Below, piece after piece: positions 1-13,318 of a stretch of 64,000 nucleotides of DNA. The notes under the pieces were generated by a model. That model had not been told where the DNA came from. It saw only the letters and a program-made list of their open reading frames with translations, and ran no database searches. The position numbers and the translations under genes are program-made. Within the stretch, counting starts at the first letter, position 1. Each line of letters starts with the position of its first letter. Source of the stretch: Lobosporangium transversale (lineage: Eukaryota); contig NW_019028979.1 in NCBI RefSeq assembly GCF_002105155.1, forward strand, positions 1,674,001 to 1,738,000, written 5' to 3'.

Positions 1-107
1 CAAATTGACGATGTGGTTGGATTGATGATGCAATCAAATGGATTAAATGAATTCAAGTGTGTACCATGTGTTGTGGTGGCATGGATTTGTCATGTAAACT
101 TCCTTAC

Positions 108-1378
108 CTCGATCCGTCACTCTCGTATCCAAGGTCTGGATCGTCTATCCTGCCCTGGTGATGTTGTTTCTCTTTGGGCCCTATACCAAAGAGTTTTTTC
201 AGTCGATTGGGTTCGCCTTCATCCCGCATACTTTTTGTTCGTTTTCTTCTTTTACTGGAGCCCCATCGTGTTGCTGTTGATGTTTCTGAAAGAGCAGCAG
301 CTCGATCTGTTGCGATATCATGGTAACCATCATCATCACCATGTTGATCACCATTATCATGGTCATTATCAGTTGCATATGGTTGTTGCTGCTTCTTGTT
401 TTTGCCTTTACTTCTTGTTTTAATATCGTCCTGGTTGATCCCAGGGAGAAGCACTGTGGCTGCAGCTGCTGCAGTTGTATTTGCAATCGATATCGCATCA
501 CCAAGGGCTCCATTCTGTTTCGTAGACGTCTGTTCCTTGGTTATTGAGGGTCCCTGACTAGGCCCAACGCGTGCAGAGACTGATTCTGCAGAAGACCAAG
601 AGTTTGCTTTCTTGAATGTTTGACCTTCGTTCTTAGCAAATGTTGGTGATCTGTTGTCATTGTCCTTGTGTTGAATGTCTCGCGGGTCTTTAATATCCAT
701 AACATCCTCATGAGGATCATCATACTCATGATCGTGAATATTATCGTGGTCATCTTCTCCATCTCCTTCTGATGATGATGTTAAACGGTCGTTTTCATAA
801 TCCTTCCGTTCATCCTCACTGTCATACATTCCATCTTGTTCATCCTCTGTTCCATCCTCATTGTCACTGCTACTACAGCTATCAGTGTCATCACTAAAGG
901 TGTATGAGGCCTGATGTTGAGCTGGATTTGGACGACGGGCAGCTTTATCATAAATATGTTTACTCCCAACTGAGGCAGCTTTCACACCTACTTTTGCGGC
1001 TGCAGAAGTTGTTGTTGTCGGATGATTGTTATTATTACGTTGCTGCTGTTGATCAAGCTGATGATGTAAAGAAAGATGTGATTTTAAAAACGAAGAACCT
1101 TGATCCCACCAAGGCTTAGGTGCTTGTGAACTGGACTTTGATTCATGATAATGATGGTTGCTGCTTTTTTGATTACTATGGCTATTACTACTATTAATGT
1201 TGCCTCTTTTTGAATTCTTTGCGTTGTTATTATGTCGAGTAAAAGAAGATGAAGAGATATTGGAGGTCAAACCATTGGTGGCGTTCTGAGGATTGGTTTG
1301 TTGAATAACAGGACCAATGAAGATACGATGATGACCAGAATGAGTTGAGAGTATGGAGGGCACATGCACTGGAGCCAT
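108..1378 (-). CDS. First coding exon of a low-complexity (N/S/D/E/Q-rich) protein that continues beyond the window start; possibly a Spo71/Mug56-like PH-domain protein
   Basis: 424-codon ORF from ATG 1378 ending at a GTAAGG donor (GT at 107-106). The N-terminal HRIFIGP...PWW resembles, from memory, the R-x-F-I-G-P motif at the N-terminus of fungal Spo71/Mug56 proteins. The family call is weak. Confidence 0.6.
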
Positions 1379-2235
1379 TCCTTGTTGTTATCACTAATTA
1401 AAGTGGAATCCCTCTGTTCTGTTTGTCAATAAGGGGGGGAAGAAAAAAGAGAAGGAGTGTGATAAATAGGTAGAAGAGATAGAGTTATAAGAGGGGGATG
1501 TGTTCAGTCCAATTGATAGCGGAAAATGGAGTGGAGTGACTGGAGAGAGAGAGAGAGAGAGAGAGAGGGTTAATGTGAAAGGAGAAAGGGAAAGAAATAT
1601 AAAAAGAAAACTAATAAAAAAGAAAAGTAGAAATGAAATGCAATGCAATGGTCATTTGGCAATGAGAAAGAAAAGAGGAAGAAGGAGCTTAATGACCTCA
1701 TGTGTAACTTTGGTGGGGGTCAACGAGCAAACAAGGGACAACTTTACTTTATTCCGGTGTTAAAATTTCATTCCCCCCCCCCATCTCTCTTCATCCCTTC
1801 ATTCTTCCCTTTTCCAGTGTTACTAAAAGACTCGGTCTGTCTTTCTATCCTTGTCTTAATCTTTGGTCCCCTCTCGAGGAAATCGAGCTGCGTTCGTGCC
1901 TGATTACCATTATCATGGCCATGGGACAATGGCACCATTGTACATTAGTGCAAACAACTTTTTTTTTTTTTTTTTTTCATTCCAACGAAGGCTCATCCTC
2001 AAAAGTAAATGAATATTATTATTAGTTCTACTCTTATCAATAATTGCTCGTTATATAACCTTGAATCGTATCAATTCTTCTTTTTTTACATTTTTATATT
2101 TATATATATGCTCTCCTTCGCCTCTGACCTTGCTGGCTCCAAAAGCCGTTGCTTTTTTGATCGACCCGAGTTCAAGTCTAATTAGTATTAATGTTCTAAC
2201 TGAAGTAACTATGCTACACATTTCTTGGTTGGGGC

Positions 2236-2270
<35 letters not shown>

Positions 2271-2499
2271 CTTTTTCGGAGTTAGGGTAACACAGCAATG
2301 CTCGTTTCATTGAATTGGAAGGATCAATTGTAATAAAATTAGAGTCCAATGTGTTCAGCCACGCACACATCAGCCATCGGCACCAATGAACGTTGTTTAG
2401 AATTCTAAAAGGTCTATTTCTATTTATTTTTTTCTATTTTTTTTTTTTTTATTTTTATTTTTATTTTTTCTTATATGATCTTCCAATATTGGGAGACAT

Positions 2500-5400
2500 T
2501 TAGTCATCACCATCATCTACTTGATTATGATATGCCTCTTGCAACTGCTCCATAAATTTCTCTATCAACTGTGCACATACTTCACCGCCATTATTGGGGA
2601 TCCACTTCTTGCGGTTAATGATCTGGTTATTATAGTTGTTGCTATCGTTGCCACCGTTGTTGTTGCTGTTGTTGTTGTTGCCGTTATTGTCGCTATGTTT
2701 GTGTCTATCAGAGTTTTCACTTCTGTCATCCAAAATATTCAGGGTCAACGACGTCCTCTCCTCAGTCTCTTCGCCTTCTTCCTCTACAGGTGGAGACAAC
2801 CGTACCATCTTTGGTCCCTTGGGTCCAAAGGTCGATAACGATGATACTGAAGTTGATCGACAACGCGATCGTTTGCTACTGCTGCTGCTAATGATGTTAC
2901 AGCCCTCTTTCTCATAACGCCTACATTCTTCAATTTCCTCCTGCTTCTGTCGATCAGCCTCCAAAATCGCGCGCTGCCAATGTCCATCCTCAAATTCATC
3001 TGCCGTCATCTCCACAGGTAGACCATGCTTCCTCATCATTTTGATTAGCCCATGCTCCTCCACAAACTGAGGTCGAGACACATAAATTAACGGCTTATCA
3101 TGCGCAATACACTCCGAGCACGTTCCATATCCCTATCATTGAAACAGACATGGGTAAAAATTAATAAATGAAACCACACACATGTTTAATTAAAATTGGA
3201 TTTTTTTTTTTTTTTTTTTTTAATCCATGACAAGGAAAAAAAATAGTAAAATAAAAAAAAAATAAAAAAAAGTTCTTACCAGCTTGCCAATGACAATGTC
3301 TGCAGCTCGTGTCAAGTCTGGAACATAAACACCATGCGGACTTCTATAAAATCCTTTAGGTAACTCATAGTCAGCAGGCAACCCACAGATGACTCCGATC
3401 CAGCCCTCAGGTAAAGGATTACCCCATCCTTCTTTCAATTGTTGCCCTCCAAATGAAACCAGGGCCACTTTCTTTGTCTGAATTGTCAATTCATCCATTC
3501 CTAATGATCTCAATACATATTCCCGCGTGTTGACTGCCATACGAACAACCAATGGGACATCGATCGCCTTTCGGGTAAGTAAATTCAATTTAGAAGAAGA
3601 AGTGGATGTTGAAGGTAATGAGGAAGAGGAAGAGGAGAAAGAGCTTGTGAAGTGGAAGGAGCTGTTGCTACGACTATTGACGAGCGACATATTCGGTGAA
3701 GAGACAGTCGTGCGGACACTATTCGCAGGAGACATAATTCCAGAAGGTGTGGCTTCTTCCATCGATGTTCCCAAAGAAAACTCCTCAGCATCCTCTTGCT
3801 CCTCAGAGAAATGTCGCTTCTTCTTTTGAATAAAATGTCCTTCGATTTGAGCATCTTCATAGGATGTCTCTTCTTCTTCTGCCTCATCAAGGCCAGACAT
3901 GGCCGATGGACTAGCACTGCTATTAGAAGTGGTGATGATGGGCGTTGATGCAGACTTTTCTAATTCCATGGTCAGGATTTCAGCTCCAAATGAAGGGATA
4001 TCAATCGATCCTGGCAATCGAAGTAACAAAGACGCCTTCTTGTAATCCTCCAATGCTGCATCTGCACACGCAATCACATCCTTATCCAATGCATCGCCCT
4101 CTTGCAGGAACCGATACACTTCATCGAATGTGAAATTTGTGATCAAAATCGCTGGAATGCCGTAAGCGCTAGCAGCAGCACTAATTATGTAAGAAAATCA
4201 AATAAATTGACGAAAAGGATATGTTAGCGTGAGGAACAGAATGAGCAACGGGTGAAAGTCTATACTTCGAGTTTGCTCCAAAATAAACATAATAATCAAC
4301 TGATGTGAAAGGCTCTAGTGCTGGGTCCTCCTTATGTGTTGACTGATGCTCATACTCATTAACTTTTTTTTTTTTTTTTTTTTTTGCGTGGGATGATGTA
4401 CCCAGACACAGACAAATAGCCGCTTATCCGTGGTAGAGATGATAATGGGAGCAAGAGAGTCAGTGAGCACGAAAATCAAAAGTGAGAGAGTGAGAGAGTG
4501 AGAGTGAGAGCAGACGAAGTGTTGATTTCATTTTACAATAAGAATAATAATGATAATAATAATAATAACAAAAAGGCCAACGGAGGGGGTGCGGGTGTAA
4601 AAGGGGGGCGAAGAGGAAGAAGATGATCCAATTGTGCTCAATTTCCTCTCTTTCTTATCTTTTTTGTTGCTTGTGCTGCAAACCATTTGCGGTAGATCAT
4701 TGGATGGTGCTCAATTACATTTAACTATATTCAAACCATTTTTCAACGGAAACAAACGTTTCTTTTTTTATTGAAACCTTACCATGGTAAAAACGGGGCA
4801 TCGGCAAGGACACAGTCAATCCCAGCCTGGGCCAGCCAGGAAACTTCAAGTTGAATCATCTCATCACGTCGCGACAAGAATTGTTTGCATCCTTCAATTG
4901 TCTTTTCTCTGTCCACAGAATAAGCCTAAACAATGTCAATGAAATAAATTGGCGGGTAAATAAACGAAAAGTTGATCCAAAGAATAGATGGGGGTGGTAC
5001 AAAGAAAAAAAAAAAAAAAAAATTCATGAGAGAAAACAGGGGAGAGTGAATGCATGGAATTTTTTTTTTTTTTAGATCAATTTGCTGAGCGAATGCAAGA
5101 CGGTTGCGTTTGGACAATAGAAAAAAGGGTCTTCGCCCTCATTGTTTTCTGAATCATGGCATAATCAACGATTAATCTAGAACCAAGACTTTTCTTTACT
5201 ACTATCTTTTGAATTCCGAAAATACCCAAAAAAAAAAAAAAAAAAAAAAATCACATCTTGCTTTTGAAGCAATAGTTGGTTTGACTTACAAGTGGCTGAA
5301 CGACGCCTGCGTCGACTTTTGCGTTCCTGTAGATTGCGCCCAGCGCAATTACATCCTGAAAGATAAATTGAGGTGCATCTGAGACAATGTAGATAGTATG

Positions 5401-5822
5401 GCGACTGGAAGAAGAAGAGCTGACCTGCAGCTCTGTAGTGGAAGAGGAAGATGTAGATATAGATGGGGATGATCCTGAAGTTGTAGAGGACAACTTGGGT
5501 GACTTTAGGAGCTCTGTGATGATCTGATTCACTCTTGTTGCATGACCAAAACCTAGGTGTGGTGCAGTACCATTGTGTATGATTGAGAGGTGGAGACGGC
5601 TTTGATTAGTTTTATTCCCCCCTTGTCACTGCCACTGACACTGTTGAAACCAGACATTGTTGGGTATTAATAGCATATGTTGATGAGACTTGTTTCAACG
5701 GAGGATCGTTCCTTATCTATCGTGTTATCGTATAGCTGAGTAGCAGTTGCGATCCTTTTTGAACAATCTCACTTACCATGACCAGAGACATAGTAACAGA
5801 AGGTATATCCCTCAGAAACCAT
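2500..5822 (-). CDS. GT-B fold glycosyltransferase-like protein homologous to the N-terminal domain of plant L-arabinokinase; no kinase domain
   Basis: Exons 5822-5777, 5552-5290, 4925-4783, 4180-3280, 3132-2500, all GT-AG and in frame. Motifs: CYYVSGHGFGHATRV, ADAPFLPCAAA, ITNFTFD, SFGG, YVPDLTRAADIVIGKLGYGTCSEC, YVSRPQFVEE. Confidence 0.85.
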
Positions 5823-6133
5823 AATGGATGTGTGTGTAGATGCGTTTGAATAAAGAGTGAGATTGGATGTCAAGGTGTAAAAGGCAAAGGAAGCAAAGAT
5901 GGTGGGTAATAAATGTTTAATTTAATGATAATGTATTCTGATAAAAGTATGTGTGAGTGTATAACCGATGTTGAACAATTTAACGGTGATAGCAAGTATT
6001 GGAGTCGTCGTCTATGTTGTCTTTAGTAAGGTCATGAAGTTTGGATGGAATGAAATGAAAGAGCGATGAAGAAGAAAAAAAAAAAAAAAAAAAAAAAAAA
6101 AGATTAGGAATGAATGAAAAGAAATGAATGAAC

Positions 6134-6180
6134 GAATGAATTGAATGAATTGAATGAATTGAATGAATTGAATGTTGAAT
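6134..6180. repeat. (GAATGAATT)n minisatellite, about 5 units
   Basis: gaatgaattgaatgaattgaatgaattgaatgaattgaatgttgaat read directly. Confidence 0.85.
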
Positions 6181-7501
6181 GTAAAAAGAAAACGTGAAAA
6201 GTGTATGCCATTTGGTTCCTTAATTTTTATTCATGTTATTTGTTTGGACGTGTCAAATTGAATTAAATGTCCTATTAAATGTACTTTTAAAAAAGAACGC
6301 TTTGACAGTGACAATAGTCTGACAACGGAACCAGAGCATTGCAAACATCGCTTTGAAATGCTAGATGCTAGATCCAGGTTTCTTATGCATGAATCTTTTT
6401 AATAAAAACCTTTCCCTGTCTCTCTTCCTCTTCCTCCTTCTCTCCCTCTTCCTCCTCTTCCACCTTCTCCTTCTCCTTCTCCTCATTCTTCCCCTTTCTC
6501 CTTCTCCTCCTCTCCAAATGTCCAACTTTTTTTTTTTTTTTTTAAATCTTTTTATTAAAACTCTGCTGGTCCATTTCTTTTTTACTTTATTTTTGTACGT
6601 ACACATATACTTTTATACTTTTATTTTATTTATATCTTTAGTTTTTTATTTTTTGCCTTTCATTGGGACAAACATTAAGATCGTTGGTTTATTTATCCCT
6701 TAACTATCCTCTTTCTGCAACACCAATCCAATGCAATGCAGGCACTTCTTCAATCTTTGACTGCAGATGCCCTTCACAGATCTCTTTTCTGTCAATAAAA
6801 TCATCGCATTGTTGCGTAAACTACATGTATAAATCAGCGATCGAGGGGCTGAACATCATGCACTGTACACTTACGCTATCCTTGCGTAAAAAAAATAAAA
6901 AAAAAAAAAAAAAAGTCCATCCTTAGTTCCACAACACATTCCTTTCCTACCATGCTTTCTCATGCTTCCTTAACCTCCTTTTTGCTTTTTTTTTTTTTTT
7001 TTTTTTTTTTTTTCCCCATCTCAAATAATGATTCGCTCTCCAAACCACGTTGTCCTTTTCACTTGGGACTATTCAAGTCCATCTATTACGCACTCATGCA
7101 TACAATGATCTTCTTTTTCCTACTGATTCTTCCCTTTTTCCCCTCTTCCTTTCTTTTCATTACGATCAACCTTTCCTTTCTCTCTCTTTTTCTTTTCTTT
7201 CCTTCTTTTCATTATTCATGCTCCAATACTCTCTCCTCTCTTCCATCATTGGTATTCGTGTAGACGCTAAATAAAAGGAAAAGGTCGCAAGAAAAGGAAG
7301 GGAAAGAGCATAGGATTGAACGACATTACATCTAAAACGCGTCGATGACACAATCAATATTTTTTTTTTTCTTTTTTTTAATGATGCTTTCCTTTTTATT
7401 CCTTATCCTTTTTCTATCCTTTGTAATCATTACTTATTTATAACATCTATTTATCCCCCCCCCCTTTTTTTTAAACTTTTTGATTTCAATAAAAATAGTA
7501 T

Positions 7502-9631
7502 TCAAAGAACTATACCACCCACATCCATGCCACAAATCTCCAAAGATTTCTCTAGATTTTGATTAAACTGAATCTTGACATTATGTGCAGTGCCTCTAGG
7601 AAGTCCCGGCGCTGCAGGACATGAGATATCCAAGGCCATCGTATGTGAAAATGGAAACCGTGTCGAATAATGACATGTTGTCCATTCAGCCCCTGCTTGG
7701 TCTGATACCATCACCGTAAACTTGCCCTCCAAATGTCCCAATGGTTTCGAAGATGTAATCGTGAACTTGCGCAATGGCGTCGTCTTCACAAATTGTAGTC
7801 CAAAGGAGTCTCCTGCCTGTGGAACTACAGGAAGAAAGGAAGGAAGGAAAGAATTGTATAAGCAACTATTGTCATTTGCACAGCACCTGTTAATAAAAAA
7901 GGAAAAGAAAGAAAAGAAAAAGCTTACTTTTAAAACTGTTCCAGCATGTCAGAGGATTGTTGTCAACAGCATGGATGTATGAATACTTGCTAAAGAACTC
8001 GTTGCTGGGGTACTCGAGCTCAAAGAACTTTGCATTTTGTTCGTCAATCGTCTGCAAATCACCCGTGTAGACAACTTCTTTTGGCTCTGGGAATGGATCC
8101 ATACTGGTCTTGAAAAGGCATTTATCATTGAAACACGGCGATCTAAACGTATATACATTTCGCAACGGAATTAAGAACTACTCCTTTTTTTTTTTTTTTT
8201 TTTTTTTGTATTCCACATTGGTCTCTAAAAGACCTTCTCTTTACTTACCGTGCATGACGCTCATTGATAAAGGGCTGCTCTTCATCTCGTGGAAAGTAAT
8301 CCTTCTCAGAAACCTCGGGGTTTGCCACCAATGCAGAGTATAAACGACTTGCTGCATCCAACTAGATATTTTCAACAAGAAGAAAGAAAATTATTGGTCA
8401 CAATACTTTTATCTAATGTGAAACATCTGCCTTTTTTTTTTTTTAATTTTACCATGTTCCTGAAGACAATCGCCCAGTGGTCAGTAGCACCGTCAGTACT
8501 CCATCCGTTCTTTTGATCGAGTGGTGTAAGATAATTGACAAGTTGATATGGATACTGGTTCGTCCAGATAGAAAAATACATGTCAATCACCTTCAGCCGA
8601 TCCTTGGCCAAGTTGCTATTGCCTCCTTGTTCCAATAGCTGTTTCGCTTTTTCTCTAGGGACATAAGAACCAGTACCCATCCATGAAAATCCTGTATGCA
8701 TCTTATAATCTGAAATACATTACGGAAAATAAATTTCAAATTTCAAATTCAGTAAAAAAAAAAAAAAAAAAAAAAAAAAAGGGAAATGGGAGCTTGGACC
8801 ATCATCCAATCCAACAGTCAGGGTGAAACATGCATGTATAAAGAAAAAAGCTTGTGCACATGCACACATGTACACCACATGCATACATTCAAACATACCA
8901 AGATTTGTGAATGTCCATCGACGATGCTCCATATGGATCAAAGGCAAGGTGTTGGTATGGATCAAGTTGGGGCTGGTCAAAAAGTTGGTATAAAGTGCAT
9001 CCATATGTGTATTGAGCCAGTCATCGTCCTGGAAATAACAATGCTGATATTTCGCTAGTGAGCACGACATGTACTTTGCAAAATCATGTAAATTCTCCTT
9101 GCCATTGTAGACCTGCAACTCTGGTAAAGGCCCAAAACTGGAATCGAATTCAAAATCCTGTTTCGTCAATCGGATTTCCTTATTATTGTTCCAGACAATG
9201 ATCTCTTTAATATACGGATACCGTGCCAGATACTTGACGATCAACTTTAGTCCCTCTAATCTCTTCCAGCCCAGTAAGATAGCAGTCGCAGGGAGCAAAT
9301 GAGCATTCTCTTCTAAAACTAGCCCTTCCTCTGTAAAATCTTCAAAACTATAAGCAGATTTCCTAGTCTCTAGGATCTGCTTCACGATCTGTTCCCGTTC
9401 TGCCTCCGTCGTAGACTCTCGTTCGGACTCGTCAACGGATGTCTGAGAATCATATGAAGAAGAAAAAGAAGCTTGGCTGGAGATACGAGTGAGAGCGAGC
9501 AAAGTAATCACTCCGAGACAAACGAGAAGTAGTGCTCTTCCACGGCTAAAACGACGAGCCTGATAGAAGATTCCCCGCCTTGGACTCGACGCAGAATGAT
9601 ATGGTAAACTACCAGCGCTATTATTTTTCAT
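7502..9631 (-). CDS. Type II membrane glycosyltransferase, GT64/EXTL-like catalytic domain with C-terminal extension
   Basis: Exons 9631-8899, 8709-8453, 8361-8249, 8142-7928, 7824-7502 (GT-AG, frame-consistent). N-terminal TM (ALLLVCLGVITLLAL); TAILLGWKR...IKEIIVWNNN; DxD-type CYFQDDD. Confidence 0.8.
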
Positions 9632-10328
9632 GTTGGGCCCAAGTTGTGTATAAGAAATTAAAAAGGGTGAACAAAGTTTCGGAGCTGGTCCAGCAGCGCC
9701 AGTTAAAGGGGGAAAAGGTCCGTTGGAGAGGATAAAGAATTAAAAGGAGTAAACAAGATGATGATGATGATGATGATGATAACGATGATGATGGTGATGA
9801 ATGATAATGAATGAGTGAATAAATGTCGAATGTCCTGTTTTGACAATGAGCAAAGGAAGGAAGGAAAGAAAAGAGAAGAGGAAGGAGGCAATGGCATCAG
9901 ATGGCCTCAAAAGAGGAGATGTGCTGATGAGCCAATGCGACCTTTGAATAATGGACAAGTCGAGCTGAATAAGCTAGAAGTTTGGCAAGAGATAAAGAAA
10001 GCAAAAGCCCATAGCCAGCCCATTGAAAATTCGCACCACAGGGGAGCTCTAAGGAGCCGACCAATCAGTGGCCGCCATAACAAAGCCACAAAGTATCTCT
10101 GATCACTAAAAAAGAAGATTGCGAGAGAGATCTCGAAAAAAAACTAATGATGTAACAGGACTTCTTAAACATTAGCCATTCTTTAATTTTGTTGTTCAAC
10201 CAAACACTTCACACACACTCACACGTACCATTCTTACTCTACTCTTTCCATTCAACATACACACGCGCACACATTCTCTCCCCTTTCCTGCTTTTTCGCA
10301 TCTACATCGCAAAACATAGCTTATAACC

Positions 10329-10976
10329 ATGGTATGAACATAACCTCTGCGCCATCTCACAAACAATGCTACACTAACAATGTGTGCTTCGTTTAATCAA
10401 CTTCTCTCACTCACTCTCTCTTTTTTATTTATTTATTTATTTTATTTTTTTTTTTGACATCAATACCCTAATAACAACAATAATACTAACTACTCTTTTT
10501 TTTTTTTTTTTTTTTTTTTTGTTATTAACTTTTGTGTGTATATAAAATAGTCTTATTTCCTTCCACATCTCACTAATGGCTGGCAAGTCGATCAAGCCAT
10601 CCTGTCTGAAGAAGATCGAGTCGTAGTCATCCGTTTTGGTACAGATTGGGACCCAACTTGTATGCAAATGGATGAAATCCTATACTCTGTTGCAGAAAAG
10701 ATCAAAAACTTTGCAGTCATTTATCTAGTCGACATCACTGAAGTACCCGATTTTAACAAGATGTACGAGCTCTACGATCCTTGCACAACGATGTTCTTTT
10801 TCCGAAACAAACATATCATGGTCGATTTAGGAACAGGAAACAATAACAAGATCAATTGGGCTCTGGACAGTAAACAGGAATTGATTGATATTGTTGAAAC
10901 GGTCTTCAGAGGCGCTCGTAAAGGACGAGGTCTGGTTGTGTCTCCAAAAGATTACTCTACAAAGTACAAGTATTAA
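10329..10976 (+). CDS. DIB1: U5 snRNP thioredoxin-like protein Dim1/Dib1 (TXNL4A ortholog)
   Basis: Exon 1 is the ATG only (10329-10331); intron GTATGA...AATAG 10332-10550; exon 2 10551-10976. Product MSYFLPHLTNGWQVDQAI...RFG.DWDPTCMQMDE...GLVVSPKDYSTKYKY, the highly conserved Dim1 sequence. Confidence 0.97.
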
Positions 10977-11410
10977 AAACGGGGCTGTGTAATAAGATTA
11001 AAATTAAAAAAAATAAAAATAAAAATAAAAATAAAAATAAAAAGGTCGCATCAATGACAGTTCATATTCAAAGTATTTAACAGCAGTACGACAAAGATCA
11101 TCAACTTACTGTGCAAGCAGAACAGCATTGGGCGAAGCCCTGGAAAGAAGTCTCCCCTGTAATTTATGATCACATGACCATTTCAGAAAAAGCCCGTCGG
11201 GGTTGACCAATCACGCTTTTTTTTTTTTCACAGATCATTTTGAAAGGGAAAAAGGCTTTTCTCTGCCCAAAGTAACAACTCCCCGAGGACAAACAAAAAA
11301 ATAAAAAAAAGAAAAAAGAAAAAAACAACGGCCAAAAAAGTAAAGAAGCCGTAGGCTCGTCACCAGCCTGAGGACAAAGTTCAAGTGCATATGCACGTGC
11401 TGAAAGGCAA

Positions 11411-11822
11411 ATGTGGCTTGCTCTTATAGACACTTCTCTCTCATCACCTGAGCTGGATCAACTTTCAAACCTCGTCAAAACCCATAGTTCCACAGTCGCC
11501 AGGTTCACATACGGCTTCACCTCAGGTTCACAGGAGCTATGGAAGGTACTACTGAAATGCACCAACCTTGATTATCTAAATGTTATTGAATCGACTACGA
11601 TATCTTAACTTGATAGGGTATAATGGAGTGACTGAAAGAAAGAAGACATTAGATCTAAGGTTAAGAGTATGTTTAAGTGAACTAGTCAACCTTAAGGATC
11701 CGGAAACTTTAGTGTCTGGAAGTGGTTATCAGATGCAACCAGAAGATAAGGCATGGATCGTGAACAATTGGTCAAAATCTTGCATATGGATGGCTGGGCG
11801 GATCGTTGTCTGTAAGGAATGA
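11411..11822 (+). pseudogene. Internally deleted F-box/LRR pseudogene, paralog of the 34209-35840 gene
   Basis: PELDQLSNLVKTHSSTV...SQELWKVLLKCTNLDYLNV matches SELSHISSLLKTHSSTI...SRELWEALLECTNLNYLDV of the 34209 gene. After a frameshifted junction near 11585, LRYLNLIGY...KKTLDLRLRVCLSELVNL...MQPEDKAWIVNNW matches that gene's C-terminus. No F-box is present. Confidence 0.85.
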
Positions 11823-12267
11823 AGTAGTTGATCTATTTTGTTCCTCCAACGTCTGGTCATGCATGTATTTTGAAGCAACTGTGAAGCATATGTGGACTAA
11901 AGAGAGCATTGTATTATATAGCTTGGAAGCAAGCCAGATATGAAGGCAGGCTGCATCTCAGTCAAGATAAGTGATAATTGCATTTCTTACATCGCTGGGA
12001 GCCATCCAAAAAATATGTTGGTCTTCAGCAAATTCCATATGCCTGTTCTCAAAAATAAAATGGAAATTATATGGTAAAATGCACTTGGCTGCTGTAGCAG
12101 CTGATGAGTCAAACAGACTTTATCTGAGCCAACCATTTTATATCGGTTGCCCCTAGTAGCAGACCGACTGAAAAAATTATTGAATAATCCGGACAAATGC
12201 AGCAATGTTGTGGTAGCCGTTACTTTACAATATCGCTACTCTATAGTAATAGAGCTTATTCTTTTTA

Positions 12268-12383
12268 TTACTTCAATTGCTCTTCACGATCCAACACCTC
12301 CTTGTCCAGCTTAATTAGGATAGTTGTCCGAAGAGGATAACCGTCTATTGGAACAGTATGTGCTGTCACACGTGAAGGCTGAA

Positions 12384-12414
<31 letters not shown>

Positions 12415-13276
12415 ATTAATGGAAGTGCTAATGGGATTTCATTCACTAAAAGTGGTCCCTCTAGTCAATTCGGGAACTTACAAATTGACAACCATCCATG
12501 ATAGCCTCAACTATTCCTGCCATGAATGCTCCACAGTTTAGCTGTGACACATCCTTGGGTACCGAGATGAATTTTGAGACAATTGGGTCGTTATCCGAAA
12601 TCATATCTGTAGCCATTGCCCAACCAGTCAATAAGGAACATAAAAGAATAAAATAGAATAATGCTTTCAGTATGCGTTCAACTATATTGGCTCAATAGAC
12701 AATAAACATAAACAATCTGTCTAAATAAGCAAGCACAAATAAAAATAAGGAAAAAGGGATGTAAGCTTACATTCATCCTCGTTTTCAGTACTTTTCTCCA
12801 ACGAATCTGCTTGCTTTCCAAACATAGTTTTCCAAACAGTTGTATGAATAAAGTAGAGCATGCCTAAAACTCGAGTCTCACGTTTGCTGTTCTTATCCCG
12901 CCATACTAACAAATCCAATGCCCTGATACCAACTCTATAGCCCAACTCATTGAGTCTAACAAGATCATAATAAAAAAAAAAAAAAAAGGGACATGAGCAA
13001 AAGAAGAAAAATTGTATCTTCATTCAAAGGCCTGATATTATTCTTTTATAAACCCATACTTTCTCTCTAAATCTTGGATACCATGGACTCGCTTCTGAGT
13101 ATATTGAAGCATCTCTGAGAATAAGAATGCGAATGCGTTCACGCTAACCTTTTTTTTTTTTTTTTTTTTTTTTTTAATGAATTATATATTAGCCTTGGTG
13201 TGACAAGTTGCTCGTAATGCGGACAAAATATTTCCTTGATCAATCCAGTCCTATTTTCCTATTCAATCCCTCTATT

Positions 13277-13318
<42 letters not shown>

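Noticed and set aside
6361..7357. Short F/L- or K/R-rich ORFs, here and in many introns and intergenic regions
   Set aside because: Artefacts of homopolymer and CT-rich tracts, not genes.
11196..11341. TCGGGG/CCCCGA-GGACAA...GGCCAA resembling pieces of the 54057 ribozyme
   Set aside because: No P3/L3 and no pairing partner for P4.
12089..12122. Hammerhead-like CTGC/GCAG stem, CTGATGA and GTC/GAC stem
   Set aside because: The GAAA core is replaced by TTTA, and there is no stem III or UH site.
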